From sequence record SRR31156797_6573: 20,000 nt of DNA, one strand, 5' to 3'. The translations under genes were made by a program, and so were the position numbers. The first letter of the stretch is position 1; every line of letters starts with the position of its first letter. A model generated the notes under the pieces. That model had not been told where the DNA came from, did not search any database, and was given only the letters and a program-made list of their open reading frames with translations. Below are positions 8,963 through 18,378 of the stretch, piece by piece.

Positions 8963-9988
8963 ATGCACAAACTATGGGTCGTTGTTGCTTTATTTTGGAG
9001 TATTTCTCTTCGTGCTGAAAGTTTGCTAATTGGAGAAGTGGTCGTTGATGGTGTCTCATATTTTGATATTGAAAATGCACAGGAACATATTGCCAATAAT
9101 AGTGTTATTTATTTAGGCCCTGGTGATTTCACAAAAGGTTTGGTGATTAATAAGGACAATGTTGTCTTATCCGGTAGCCAGGGCACTAAATTTGTAAATG
9201 TAGTGATGCACGGTAAAGGAAGTATTATTACTTCAGGCAAAGATATTACCATTGAAAATATAGAGTGCAGCGGTGTTAGCGTGAGCGCTGGTAACGGGGC
9301 CTGCATCCGCCATGAGGGGCACAATCTTACGCTTAACAATGTGTATTTTCACGACAGTCAGCAAGGTTTGCTAGAAGCAAAAAATGATGGCTACCTAGTG
9401 ATTAAAAATAGCCGTTTTGAGCGATTAGGTCATAAAGGTAGAGCGCACGGTATATATACTAATGGGGCAAAGTTGGTAGTTGAAAACTCAACGTTTGAGT
9501 CGATGGTGAGCCAAGGGCATGCAATAAAGTCGCGTTCAAAAATTACCATTGTAAAAAACTCACTGCTATCCACTGGAGAAGGTAAAGATAGTCGACTCAT
9601 GGATGTTGCCAATGGTGGTGAGTTACATGTGTCTAACAGTGTTCTTTATCAAAACGATCGAACGGTCAACAGGCAGGTGATTGGTTACGGGTTAGAAAGC
9701 TTTGATCAAAACGCGGCGAACAATATTTCTATTCTCAATAACCTATTTGTGATGGAAAGAGTTCGCGGTAACGAATTTTTAGCATTGCCCAAATCTTTAG
9801 ACGCGCAAACCATTATTTTTGTCGATAACAATATTTTTGTCGGGGAATTTTTTGATAGCGAAAATTGGCAAAATAACAACTATCAGTTTAAAAACCGTCA
9901 GGAAGCGATGTTAATGGATTCGGAATTACCTGATGTTTCTTTGCTACCCAAACTTTTCGATTTTTATAAACAGTTAGAGCGTAATTAA
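8963..9988 (+). CDS. secreted right-handed parallel beta-helix repeat protein (pectin-lyase fold)
   Basis: Sec signal (…SISLRA-ES); repeated strands ITIENIEC, LTLNNVYF, LVIKNSRF, LVVENSTF, ISILNNLF; polar motifs HGIY and GHAIKSR. Confidence 0.75.
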   Translation: MHKLWVVVALFWSISLRAESLLIGEVVVDGVSYFDIENAQEHIANNSVIYLGPGDFTKGLVINKDNVVLSGSQGTKFVNVVMHGKGSIITSGKDITIENIECSGVSVSAGNGACIRHEGHNLTLNNVYFHDSQQGLLEAKNDGYLVIKNSRFERLGHKGRAHGIYTNGAKLVVENSTFESMVSQGHAIKSRSKITIVKNSLLSTGEGKDSRLMDVANGGELHVSNSVLYQNDRTVNRQVIGYGLESFDQNAANNISILNNLFVMERVRGNEFLALPKSLDAQTIIFVDNNIFVGEFFDSENWQNNNYQFKNRQEAMLMDSELPDVSLLPKLFDFYKQLERN

Positions 9989-10173
9989 TTTCTTATTAGC
10001 TAATGGTCCTTTAATTTATCAAAGCGAACTCAATAGCGCTTTTGGGCTATGTAGGTGGCTAGATTGCGTACATAAACTTGTTTTTACTGCTAATATCATA
10101 TTTGCGTCAGTGTGCGTTGAGCCCAACGAGTACAATGGAATATTCGTATAGAGGAGGCATTTAAGGCTAGTAT

Positions 10174-12513
10174 ATGGACCAAAACAAAGGGAACTTGCGA
10201 AGTTACATCGATGATGTGCTGGCGCTAACGGTTAAATTTCCGGTTTCGATACTGCTACTGAGCCTTTTGGTGGTTATCGTTTCTACACTTGGCTTAAAGA
10301 ACCTGACCTTTAGAGGTGAATATAATGTGTTCTTTGATCCTTCTAACCCTCAACTCAAAGCCTTTGAAACCATTCAAGCCCGTTTTTCTAAAACGGACAG
10401 TATGGCGATAGTCATCGCACCGAAAGATGGTAATGTTTTTGATTCTAACACGCTTAAGTTAATAAAAGAGATAACGGAAGATGCTTGGCAGACGCCTTAT
10501 TCTAGCCGGGTGGACTCTTTATCCAACTACCAACATACTGAAGCTGAAGAAGATGATCTGTTAGTTGCGGATTTGATTGCTCACGATTTTGCCTATAGCC
10601 CAAACGAAATCGCAAAAGTTAAACAGATCTCATTAAGCTCCCCAGAAACCCAAAATTCTATTGTATCGGCCAATGGTGATGTGGCCGTTATCAATATTAC
10701 GGTTCAATTACCCGAAAAGAACATGACGGGTGAAATTGTTGAAGTGTATGACTTTGTGAGTCAGTTTCTTCAACCCTATCAAGCTGAATACCCGGATATC
10801 GCTTTTTACAAAGCGGGACTAGTTGCAATGAACTATTCATTTATGGACTCAGCGCAAAAGGATATTACCACCTTAGTACCCATTATGATGGTGGTCATAT
10901 TGGTGTTCTTGACCCTGATGCTTCGCTCCATATTCTGTGTTCTTGCAACAATGATTGTCATTACCTGCACCGTAGCAACAACAGCTGGGCTCGCGTCATG
11001 GGCTGGCGTGGCGATGAACATTGCTTCAGTAAACATCCCAACATTGATTCTTACTTTGGCCGTAGCCGACTGTGTTCATATTGTTGTGACTATGCGCCAT
11101 CAGATGGCGAAAGGTGAATCAAAAAGTAACGCGATTGTGTATAGCCTTAAGGTCAATTACGTCCCTGTGCTGATTACATCCATCACCACGGCCATTGGTT
11201 TCTCAATGATGAATATGTCGGATTCACCCGCACTACGATCATTTGGCAGTTTAGCAGCGGTCGGGGTGATGCTGGCGTGTGTTTTTGCACTTATATTACT
11301 GCCAGTACTTCTCAAACTGTTTCCAATTGCGAATGCCACTCTTCACAAAGAAGACGCGCCAAATAGTATGGATACGTTCGGCGATTTTGTAGTTAAGCAC
11401 CAAAATTTATTGCTGGTAGTTTCAGTTGTTACCATTGCTGTTTCAGCATGGCTGATAACGTTGAATCGTATCAATGATGAACCTGCAAAATACTTTGGTA
11501 GTCAAAGTGAGTTTAGGCAAGCCGCTGATTTCATGCAGGACCATATTAGTGGTATGGGCACTGTCAGTATCTCGATTGATAGTAGGCAGGAACACGGAAT
11601 TGTTGAACCTGAATTTCTCAACAACATAGACGCGTTCACCGACTGGTTGAGAGTTCAGCCTGAAGTGGATCATGTTACGTCGCTGACGGATATACTGAAA
11701 CGTTTAAACATGAACATGCATGCAGATGAGTCTTCTTTTTATCGGCTACCTGGAAGTTCAGAACTTGCTGCACAGTACCTTTTGATGTACGAAATGTCGT
11801 TACCTTATGGCCTTGATTTAAATAATCAGATCAATATTGATAAGTCAGCGTTGAAAATACAGGTTGTGACTAAAAATCTCGGTAGTGAAGAGTCCATCGA
11901 CTTGGAACAACGTATCTACGACTGGTTTGATAACCTACCTGATTCGAATGGTGGTTATCATGTTCAGGCATCGAGTCCTTTTATGATGTTTGCGCATATA
12001 GGGGCTACCAACATGAAAAGTATGTTGATTTCGTTGCCGATCAGTTTAGCGATGATCTCAGCGTTACTGATGTTGTCACTCCGTTCTTTTAAACTTGGTT
12101 TAATCAGTATTATTCCAAATATGGTACCGGCAGTGATTGGCTTTGGGGTGTGGGCTTTGATTTCCGCTGAAATTAATCTTGCTCTGTCAGTTGTCGCCTC
12201 ATTAACGCTGGGGATTGTTGTGGATGACGGCGTACACTTTTTGTCTAAGTACAAAATTGCCCGACAGCAAGGGTATGATTGTGAAAATGCCGTTCGTTAT
12301 GCATTTCATCACGTTGGTCGGGCGCTTTGGATAACGACTGTGGTGTTGGTTGCAGGGTTTTCCGTGCTTGCGATGTCAACATTTAGACTAAACTCTGACA
12401 TGGGGATATTGAGCAGTATTATCATATTCATTGCACTCATCATTGACTTCTTTTTCTTACCTTGTCTTTTGATGTTTTTCAGTCGTTCTCGTCGTCAACC
12501 GATAGGGAAGTGA
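10174..12513 (+). CDS. MMPL/RND-family inner-membrane transporter
   Basis: 779 aa with two internal repeats, each a TM helix, a large periplasmic loop and about 5 TM helices. Acidic motifs LAVADCVH and GIVVDDGVHF. Confidence 0.9.
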   Translation: MDQNKGNLRSYIDDVLALTVKFPVSILLLSLLVVIVSTLGLKNLTFRGEYNVFFDPSNPQLKAFETIQARFSKTDSMAIVIAPKDGNVFDSNTLKLIKEITEDAWQTPYSSRVDSLSNYQHTEAEEDDLLVADLIAHDFAYSPNEIAKVKQISLSSPETQNSIVSANGDVAVINITVQLPEKNMTGEIVEVYDFVSQFLQPYQAEYPDIAFYKAGLVAMNYSFMDSAQKDITTLVPIMMVVILVFLTLMLRSIFCVLATMIVITCTVATTAGLASWAGVAMNIASVNIPTLILTLAVADCVHIVVTMRHQMAKGESKSNAIVYSLKVNYVPVLITSITTAIGFSMMNMSDSPALRSFGSLAAVGVMLACVFALILLPVLLKLFPIANATLHKEDAPNSMDTFGDFVVKHQNLLLVVSVVTIAVSAWLITLNRINDEPAKYFGSQSEFRQAADFMQDHISGMGTVSISIDSRQEHGIVEPEFLNNIDAFTDWLRVQPEVDHVTSLTDILKRLNMNMHADESSFYRLPGSSELAAQYLLMYEMSLPYGLDLNNQINIDKSALKIQVVTKNLGSEESIDLEQRIYDWFDNLPDSNGGYHVQASSPFMMFAHIGATNMKSMLISLPISLAMISALLMLSLRSFKLGLISIIPNMVPAVIGFGVWALISAEINLALSVVASLTLGIVVDDGVHFLSKYKIARQQGYDCENAVRYAFHHVGRALWITTVVLVAGFSVLAMSTFRLNSDMGILSSIIIFIALIIDFFFLPCLLMFFSRSRRQPIGK

Positions 12514-12563
12514 AACCATAGATGTTTTTAAGTTCGACGATAAAAAGTGAGGAGCCCTTAATT

Positions 12564-13379
12564 ATGAATTTCTTGTTGGTACCAATGCGAAAACGCGGTA
12601 CTGGTGTAATCGCAGCGCTCAGTGTGTTGTTAATGTGTGTTGTATCTCCGGCGTCGATAGCAGATAGCGCAAAAGGTTTGACTATCGCAAAAGAGAGAAA
12701 GGCTCGCGATGTCGGTTGGAGTGATTCGACTGCGACTGTGACGATGATTTTGAAAAATGCGCAGGGCGATCAAAGCATTCGTAAAATGAGAATGATGTCA
12801 TTAGAAGTTAAAGACGATGGCGATAAAGGACTAACCATTTTTGATGAACCTGGTGACGTAAGGGGCAGTGCGTTTCTTAGCTACTCTCATATTGATGGCG
12901 CGGATGATCAGTGGCTATATTTACCCGCTTTAAAAAGGGTTAAACGTATTTCCTCTCGGAACAAATCTGGCCCTTTTATGGGCAGTGAGTTTTCTTACGA
13001 AGATCTCAGTTCATTTGAAATAGAAAAGTATCAGTTCAACTATCTTAAAGACGAAATGGTAGAAGGGGTGGATTGTTTCTTGGTCGAGCAAAAACCAGTT
13101 GATTCAAACTCAGGTTACACTCGAGAACTGGTTTGGATTGATAAAGCGGAATACCGTCCAATAAAAATGGAATATTATGATCGTAAAAATGCGTTGTTGA
13201 AGGTTCTGACTTTATCCGATTATAAACTGTATAAAGATAAATACTGGCGTGCGCATACACTGAATATGGTCAACAACCAGACTGGAAAAAGTACAGAGTT
13301 GAAGACTGAAGACATACAGTTTAATACTGGCTTGCAGGAACGAGATTTTCATAAAAATGTTTTAACGAGATTGCGCTGA
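12564..13379 (+). CDS. periplasmic outer-membrane lipoprotein-sorting (LolA-like) protein
   Basis: Signal peptide; DDQWLYLPALKRVKRI, FMGSEFSYED and YYDRKNALLK motifs typical of the family. ATG 12564 follows GAGGAG (the ORF track starts at 12522). Confidence 0.85.
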   Translation: MNFLLVPMRKRGTGVIAALSVLLMCVVSPASIADSAKGLTIAKERKARDVGWSDSTATVTMILKNAQGDQSIRKMRMMSLEVKDDGDKGLTIFDEPGDVRGSAFLSYSHIDGADDQWLYLPALKRVKRISSRNKSGPFMGSEFSYEDLSSFEIEKYQFNYLKDEMVEGVDCFLVEQKPVDSNSGYTRELVWIDKAEYRPIKMEYYDRKNALLKVLTLSDYKLYKDKYWRAHTLNMVNNQTGKSTELKTEDIQFNTGLQERDFHKNVLTRLR

Positions 13380-14569
13380 TGGCTTTTAATTCGAAGAGCT
13401 TAATACGTGTTAGTACATCGTTGTGCAGTGTTTTTTGTGTCTTCTTGGCTCAAGCCACAGAGAGTTTAGATTTTCGAGGTCAATTGGGGCTTGAGTTAAG
13501 GCAGTTTCTTGAATCTGGAAAAGACCAACAAGACTCATCGCAAGCTTCTGCTTATGTTCAGCCCGAGTGGAGCTGGTATCTGGATGATGCCGATATCGTG
13601 TTTGTGCCGTTTTATCGTTACGATAATATGGATGACGAGCGTTCTCATGGTGACATAAGAGAACTGTATTATTTTACTTCCCGTGGCGATTACAACCTGA
13701 CGGTGGGTATCAATAAAGTCTTTTGGGGAGTAACAGAGTCTGCACATTTAGTTGATGTGATTAACCAGACAGATTCTATCGAATCGGTTGATGGTGAAGA
13801 TAAACTTGGTCAACCGATGCTGCATTTGACGGCAGTAAAAGATTGGGGCGTGACGGAGTTTTTTATTCTGCCTTATTTTCGGGAAAGAACTTTTTCTGGC
13901 CAAGATGGACGTCTAAGAACGCCTGTACCTATTCAAACAGACCATGCGCAATATGAGTCTGCGAGTAACGAAAAGCACGTTGATTATGCTTTTCGTTACT
14001 CAAATACCTTTGGGGATTGGGATTTTGGTGTCAGTTATCTTGATGGTACAGACCGGGAGCCAAGTCTCTTGGTTCAGGGGGGCGAGATAGTCCCTTATTA
14101 TTCTCAAATGCAGCATGTAGGCGTTGATGTTCAAGGCATCATCGGTGACTGGTTGTGGAAGCTAGAGTCAGTATATAAGAACAGCTATCAAGAGTACGTT
14201 GCTAGTGTTGGTGGGTTTGAATACACGCATGTGGGGCTATTTGGCAAGGTTTGGGATTTAGGATTACTGGCAGAGTATTTATACGATTCTCGAGGCGAGA
14301 ACTCGTTTGCTGTTGGTCAAAACGACTTGTTTGCCGGTTTTCGTTTCGCAATGAATGATGAAGCGAGCAGTGAAGTACTGTTCGGTATGGCCCTGGATTT
14401 AGATAATAGTCGCAGTCAGTATTTTAAGCTTGAGGCCTCTACACGGATATCACAAAGTATGAGCCTTGCTATCGATGCTTGGGCTGCGGATAGCGATAGT
14501 TCTCTTGACCCGCTCTACTCGCTGAAAAACGATGATTTTGTCCAAGCATCGTTAGAATACTATTTTTAG
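13379..14569 (+). CDS. outer-membrane beta-barrel protein
   Basis: Signal peptide (…FLAQA-T), amphipathic aromatic-rich strands, the motif FWGVTESAHLVDVINQTD and a C-terminal beta-signal ASLEYYF. TGATG coupling to the upstream gene. Confidence 0.8.
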   Translation: MAFNSKSLIRVSTSLCSVFCVFLAQATESLDFRGQLGLELRQFLESGKDQQDSSQASAYVQPEWSWYLDDADIVFVPFYRYDNMDDERSHGDIRELYYFTSRGDYNLTVGINKVFWGVTESAHLVDVINQTDSIESVDGEDKLGQPMLHLTAVKDWGVTEFFILPYFRERTFSGQDGRLRTPVPIQTDHAQYESASNEKHVDYAFRYSNTFGDWDFGVSYLDGTDREPSLLVQGGEIVPYYSQMQHVGVDVQGIIGDWLWKLESVYKNSYQEYVASVGGFEYTHVGLFGKVWDLGLLAEYLYDSRGENSFAVGQNDLFAGFRFAMNDEASSEVLFGMALDLDNSRSQYFKLEASTRISQSMSLAIDAWAADSDSSLDPLYSLKNDDFVQASLEYYF

Positions 14570-16038
14570 TTGGCAACAAAACAGCCTTTTTCGTCTTTGA
14601 ATGCTCCTAAGTATATTTCTTTGCCAGTTACAGGCTGACCACAGAAGTCAGTGATTTGTGAAGCTGAATCAATAGGGTAGGGCAGTGCAGTTTTATGGAT
14701 GTCGATACTGTCGTCTCGGATAGTGAAGTTGCCAATTTCTGGAGAAAGGAACACTTGGTTGAGTTTGTCATCATTGTGCCAAAAACCTCTTCCATAGACC
14801 AGATTACCTTCATCTTTTACTAGGCGACCTTTGTCTCTTTCACGTAATTTGCCGCTTACCATATTATTAACGATGGTTGCAGAGCTTTCGGGGAAACGAA
14901 TATCGATGCCTGATGTGTTGTAAATAGTGTTGTTATTAATAAGGCTGTTTTGGCCTCGATTGATATAAATACCCACATCATTGCAATGAGAGATGATGTT
15001 GTTGCGTATGATCGTGTTATTTGCTTCATACGGTGCTTTGTTACGACGATCTTTCATGCCACCGCCCCCAATAGAGAGCCCGACTTGAGAGCCCGTATAC
15101 CGTGTTTTAGATGTATTGCAGACAATTAAATTGTTCTCAAAAATACCGCTGGTTGTACCGCCTTTCATAAAAGCGCCATAGCTAATTTTGTTGCCTCCAG
15201 TCTTAATAAAATCACGAATAATATTTTTACTGACATGCCAGTGATCGCCGTGATCGATATTAACTGGGGTGACGGGTGATCCTGTTTTTTGTGGAGAAGT
15301 AGAATAGAAGTAGTTATTTGTTACCGTACCATTGTCTGGGTATAAGTTCTGGTCGGTATAGCCATTTATCTTCAATGCAGCATTGAAATTGACAAATTCA
15401 TTGTTGGAGACAGTTGTATGATCGGCATCGCTGACAATATGAATCGCGTGTTCGCATTTTGAACTGGTACACTCAAATCGAAAACCGTTAATCGTCCAAT
15501 AGGGTTGGTGAAGAAAAATACCTTCAGATGTCTGCATTAACAGGTTTACGCTTCCTGGCTGTTCAGCTAGCAGTGTAATAGGATTATCGGCAGTTGCGAT
15601 TTCGCTACTGGTATTAAACCTTTTGCTTTTTAGTACATAGTCACCTGCAGCAACCACAATGGTTTCTCCAGGTTTGACTTGACGAAGAGCTTCAAGTAAC
15701 GCTTTTGAATCAGAGACATACAAAGTTGCGTTGGACATCAAGTTGAACTTAGTGTCTTGCACGGAAAAGTCTGGGCCAATCATTGGCCAGTGTTCTCTTT
15801 GAAAGGGTTTCCATTGATAGGAAGGGCGGTCGAGTGATTGTGCTGTACTTTTTAGAGTAGGACCGAGTCGATTAAATACAGGTATATCGCTCACTCTATA
15901 AGCTAAGGTGCTTAGTGCATTTGGAACAGTACCAAGTTGGCGAACTAAGTTGGCGAAAACATACGCTTCGTACATAATAGCTAGGTTCAGTATCACGCCC
16001 ATAAACATTAGGTAATAACGTAACCACTTGAAATGCAT
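14566..16038 (-). CDS. N-terminally membrane-anchored right-handed beta-helix protein (chondroitinase-B/PL6-like polysaccharide-modifying enzyme)
   Basis: N-terminal TM segment; ALRQVKPGETIVVAAGDY and TADNPITLLAEQPGSV resemble beta-helix lyase caps; Asn-ladder repeats (VSNNEF, VTNNYF, IFENNLI, IIRNNII, LINNNTI). Confidence 0.75.
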   Translation of the reverse strand: MHFKWLRYYLMFMGVILNLAIMYEAYVFANLVRQLGTVPNALSTLAYRVSDIPVFNRLGPTLKSTAQSLDRPSYQWKPFQREHWPMIGPDFSVQDTKFNLMSNATLYVSDSKALLEALRQVKPGETIVVAAGDYVLKSKRFNTSSEIATADNPITLLAEQPGSVNLLMQTSEGIFLHQPYWTINGFRFECTSSKCEHAIHIVSDADHTTVSNNEFVNFNAALKINGYTDQNLYPDNGTVTNNYFYSTSPQKTGSPVTPVNIDHGDHWHVSKNIIRDFIKTGGNKISYGAFMKGGTTSGIFENNLIVCNTSKTRYTGSQVGLSIGGGGMKDRRNKAPYEANNTIIRNNIISHCNDVGIYINRGQNSLINNNTIYNTSGIDIRFPESSATIVNNMVSGKLRERDKGRLVKDEGNLVYGRGFWHNDDKLNQVFLSPEIGNFTIRDDSIDIHKTALPYPIDSASQITDFCGQPVTGKEIYLGAFKDEKGCFVAN

Positions 16039-16096
16039 AGCAAGTATTCCTCTTCCTTTGGATGTCCCAACTCATACTGAATTGACGAGAGTTTGT

Positions 16097-17185
16097 TTAA
16101 ATCCAAGCATCCTCATTCTTTTCCTTTACGGTGAGAGTGACGAAAGCCTTTCTCAATAGATGTGGTACCAGTAACTTTACGGGCATACGCTTTAGATGCC
16201 CACGAATGTAAAGAACCCAAACAGCAGCATGATGGCCTGGCAATCTATTTGGAGGGAAAGAATGGAACAATGCTCGCTTAAAAGCGAAATCAGCCACTGC
16301 CAGTTTGAGACGACTTGGCTTGTATCGTTGATAAAACACCTCCACATGCTGAGGCACGACTAAATCGAAGGCTTGTTGGCAATAGCGTAATGCGTAATAC
16401 ATTGAGTCTCCGTTTCCTATTTGCGTTTGCAGCTCCTTGAGTTGGTTCCAAAACTCTGGTTGACTGGAAAAACGGATGAGCAACAGATATAGGTCGTAGA
16501 GATCTCTGATGCCTTTATTGTATTCGCTTTCGTAAAATAGGTGTATTGCACTGTGAATAACCATCGCAGCCGGACTTAATATCTTACCTGTATTTTCATT
16601 GTCATCGATATTTATCGCTTGTGATCTTAACAGTGAAGGGTCGGGCGATTCCTTAAGCGTATTCGGTAAGATATTAAAGTGTAAATCTAACTCAGTACGT
16701 CGCTTAAGGTGGCGCATCGGTGGTATCTCTTGAGACCATTGGCGATAGAATTTTTGGTCATAATCATTGAGGTGTGTAGAGAGCCAGCCTTGCTCTCTCA
16801 ATGTTTTTTCTACGTTAGCTAAGACTGCTTCTGAGACAAGAATGTCAATATCACTCATTAGCCTGCCTGAAAACTCGTTAAAACCTGCGAAATGGTATGC
16901 AGACCCTTTCAAATACACCCATTCGATATTTAGAGCGGTAAAGATCTTTTGAAACTGGCGTTTTTCAAAATACAGTTGGTCTTGTTGGTGAACGAAAATA
17001 GCATGGGCAGCATAGATATGTTGCCTGATACTGGAAGGAAGTTGTTCCCATTGACCCATTTTCTCGAACGCGGGCTTGAGTTGAGCAAGCATATTGAAGT
17101 ATCGCGCTTCTGCGATTACTAACGATTGTTGTTTCTTCGTTAGGGTTAAAAAACATGCAGGATCAGCTAGACAATTAATAAGCAT
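16097..17185 (-). CDS. nucleotidyltransferase family protein (NTP_transf_5-like)
   Basis: LKGSAY…GRLMSDIDILV (DxD catalytic motif), ELDLHF and IRDLYDLY. ATG 17185 has a GAGGT SD; the ORF-track start at 17197 is the alternative. Confidence 0.85.
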   Translation of the reverse strand: MLINCLADPACFLTLTKKQQSLVIAEARYFNMLAQLKPAFEKMGQWEQLPSSIRQHIYAAHAIFVHQQDQLYFEKRQFQKIFTALNIEWVYLKGSAYHFAGFNEFSGRLMSDIDILVSEAVLANVEKTLREQGWLSTHLNDYDQKFYRQWSQEIPPMRHLKRRTELDLHFNILPNTLKESPDPSLLRSQAINIDDNENTGKILSPAAMVIHSAIHLFYESEYNKGIRDLYDLYLLLIRFSSQPEFWNQLKELQTQIGNGDSMYYALRYCQQAFDLVVPQHVEVFYQRYKPSRLKLAVADFAFKRALFHSFPPNRLPGHHAAVWVLYIRGHLKRMPVKLLVPHLLRKAFVTLTVKEKNEDAWI

Positions 17186-18104
17186 CGGCAACCTCATTTT
17201 TTAAGGTGTTGTTCATTGCCGAAAGAATCGCTTGTTCGCAAGAATGAAAGTTATTGTATTCGATATAACTAGCAGGGGTTTGAGTCACAAGCTCTTTTGC
17301 ACATTGAAATCCTGCCTTATTTAACACGTTAATATTAAAGCTATTTCTTATTATTTCAGTTAACGCAATAGCAGGTTCAACGGTTTCTGTGTAACAGTTT
17401 TCATCCTTGGTGTAATGGACAAACACAATTTGAGCAGGCCGTACTGGAGCGTTAGAAACCTTTGCATCTGATGAATACGCTTTTAACAAGCTGATGGTTC
17501 CTTTGTGAGTGTCTTTGACCACTTTGCTGAACTGTTCGTCTTTATAATACTCGCGTAGCAACTCGATTGAATTGTTTTTAAGATTAATCGGTCGGCCTAA
17601 ACCGTAAAGTTGCATGGTATTGGGGTCTATCAATGCAAGTTCATCAGATAAAAGTTGCCATCCTTTTGAGACGAGGTAAGCACATAAAGTGCTTTTACCT
17701 GATCCAGAAGGCGCTGAGATGATGATAGCTTGGTCACCTTTAGCCACAGTCGCGGCGTGTAAGATAAAGTATTGGTGTGCTTGACTCGCAATAACCCAGT
17801 TCATCCCCCATTCTAAGAATGCGTGCGCTTGATCAAGTGGTAGGGGCTTAAATGGAGATTGATGATTAAATTTAAAGTTGGCCTGTGGTTTGTATAAACG
17901 TCGATATAGGCTGCCATGATTGACCTCAACGTAATAGTCAACAAAGTGGTCGCCACTAGATTCTAACAAGCAATCACTATAATGATGTTCTATATAGCGG
18001 TGGAGAGAGGAGATATCCGAACGAACGGAAAAAACAAAGGGACCAACGGTAATACAATACTCTTTCGTTTTTTTCACTCTGAATGCTCTAGCTTTGGATT
18101 TCAA
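17175..18104 (-). CDS. HprK-related kinase (HprK-rel-A type)
   Basis: LEWGMNW, LHAATV, Walker A APSGSGKST, LLSDELALID, RPINLKNNSI and THKGTI. The start is TTG 18104 or GTG 18077. Confidence 0.85.
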   Translation of the reverse strand: MKSKARAFRVKKTKEYCITVGPFVFSVRSDISSLHRYIEHHYSDCLLESSGDHFVDYYVEVNHGSLYRRLYKPQANFKFNHQSPFKPLPLDQAHAFLEWGMNWVIASQAHQYFILHAATVAKGDQAIIISAPSGSGKSTLCAYLVSKGWQLLSDELALIDPNTMQLYGLGRPINLKNNSIELLREYYKDEQFSKVVKDTHKGTISLLKAYSSDAKVSNAPVRPAQIVFVHYTKDENCYTETVEPAIALTEIIRNSFNINVLNKAGFQCAKELVTQTPASYIEYNNFHSCEQAILSAMNNTLKNEVADAY

Positions 18105-18375
18105 TGATGTGTAGCTCAGCTAGTTGCTGAATGACGTTTTTAGCTTTAGCTGGATGAGTTTTAAGTAGGTGCTTAAAAGACATATCTGGTTCAGCAGTAA
18201 GCTGAACCAGATAATCAATCACTGACGGTTCACAAAGAAGTGTTTCACCAATAAAAGGACTATAAATTACACCACGCCCTTCACTCAAAAAAGTGCACTC
18301 ATTAATCGAAAAAGAAGGGTGTATGGTAATTTTGCTCTCTTCAGTGAGCATTAAGTCCGTTTTATTCTGTTCCAT
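18088..18375 (-). CDS. PqqD/RiPP-recognition-element (RRE)-like small protein of the HPr-rel-A cassette
   Basis: 95 aa with three short beta-strands (GVIYSPFIGETLLC) followed by helices ending IQQLAELHII, the usual PqqD pattern. It lies directly upstream of the kinase. Confidence 0.65.
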   Translation of the reverse strand: MEQNKTDLMLTEESKITIHPSFSINECTFLSEGRGVIYSPFIGETLLCEPSVIDYLVQLTAEPDMSFKHLLKTHPAKAKNVIQQLAELHIIEIQS

Positions 18376-18378
18376 CGA

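Noticed and set aside
3564-10148. Repeated 10-mer AATATTCGTA at 3564 and 10139
   Set aside because: Short, AT-rich and in unrelated contexts, so compatible with chance.
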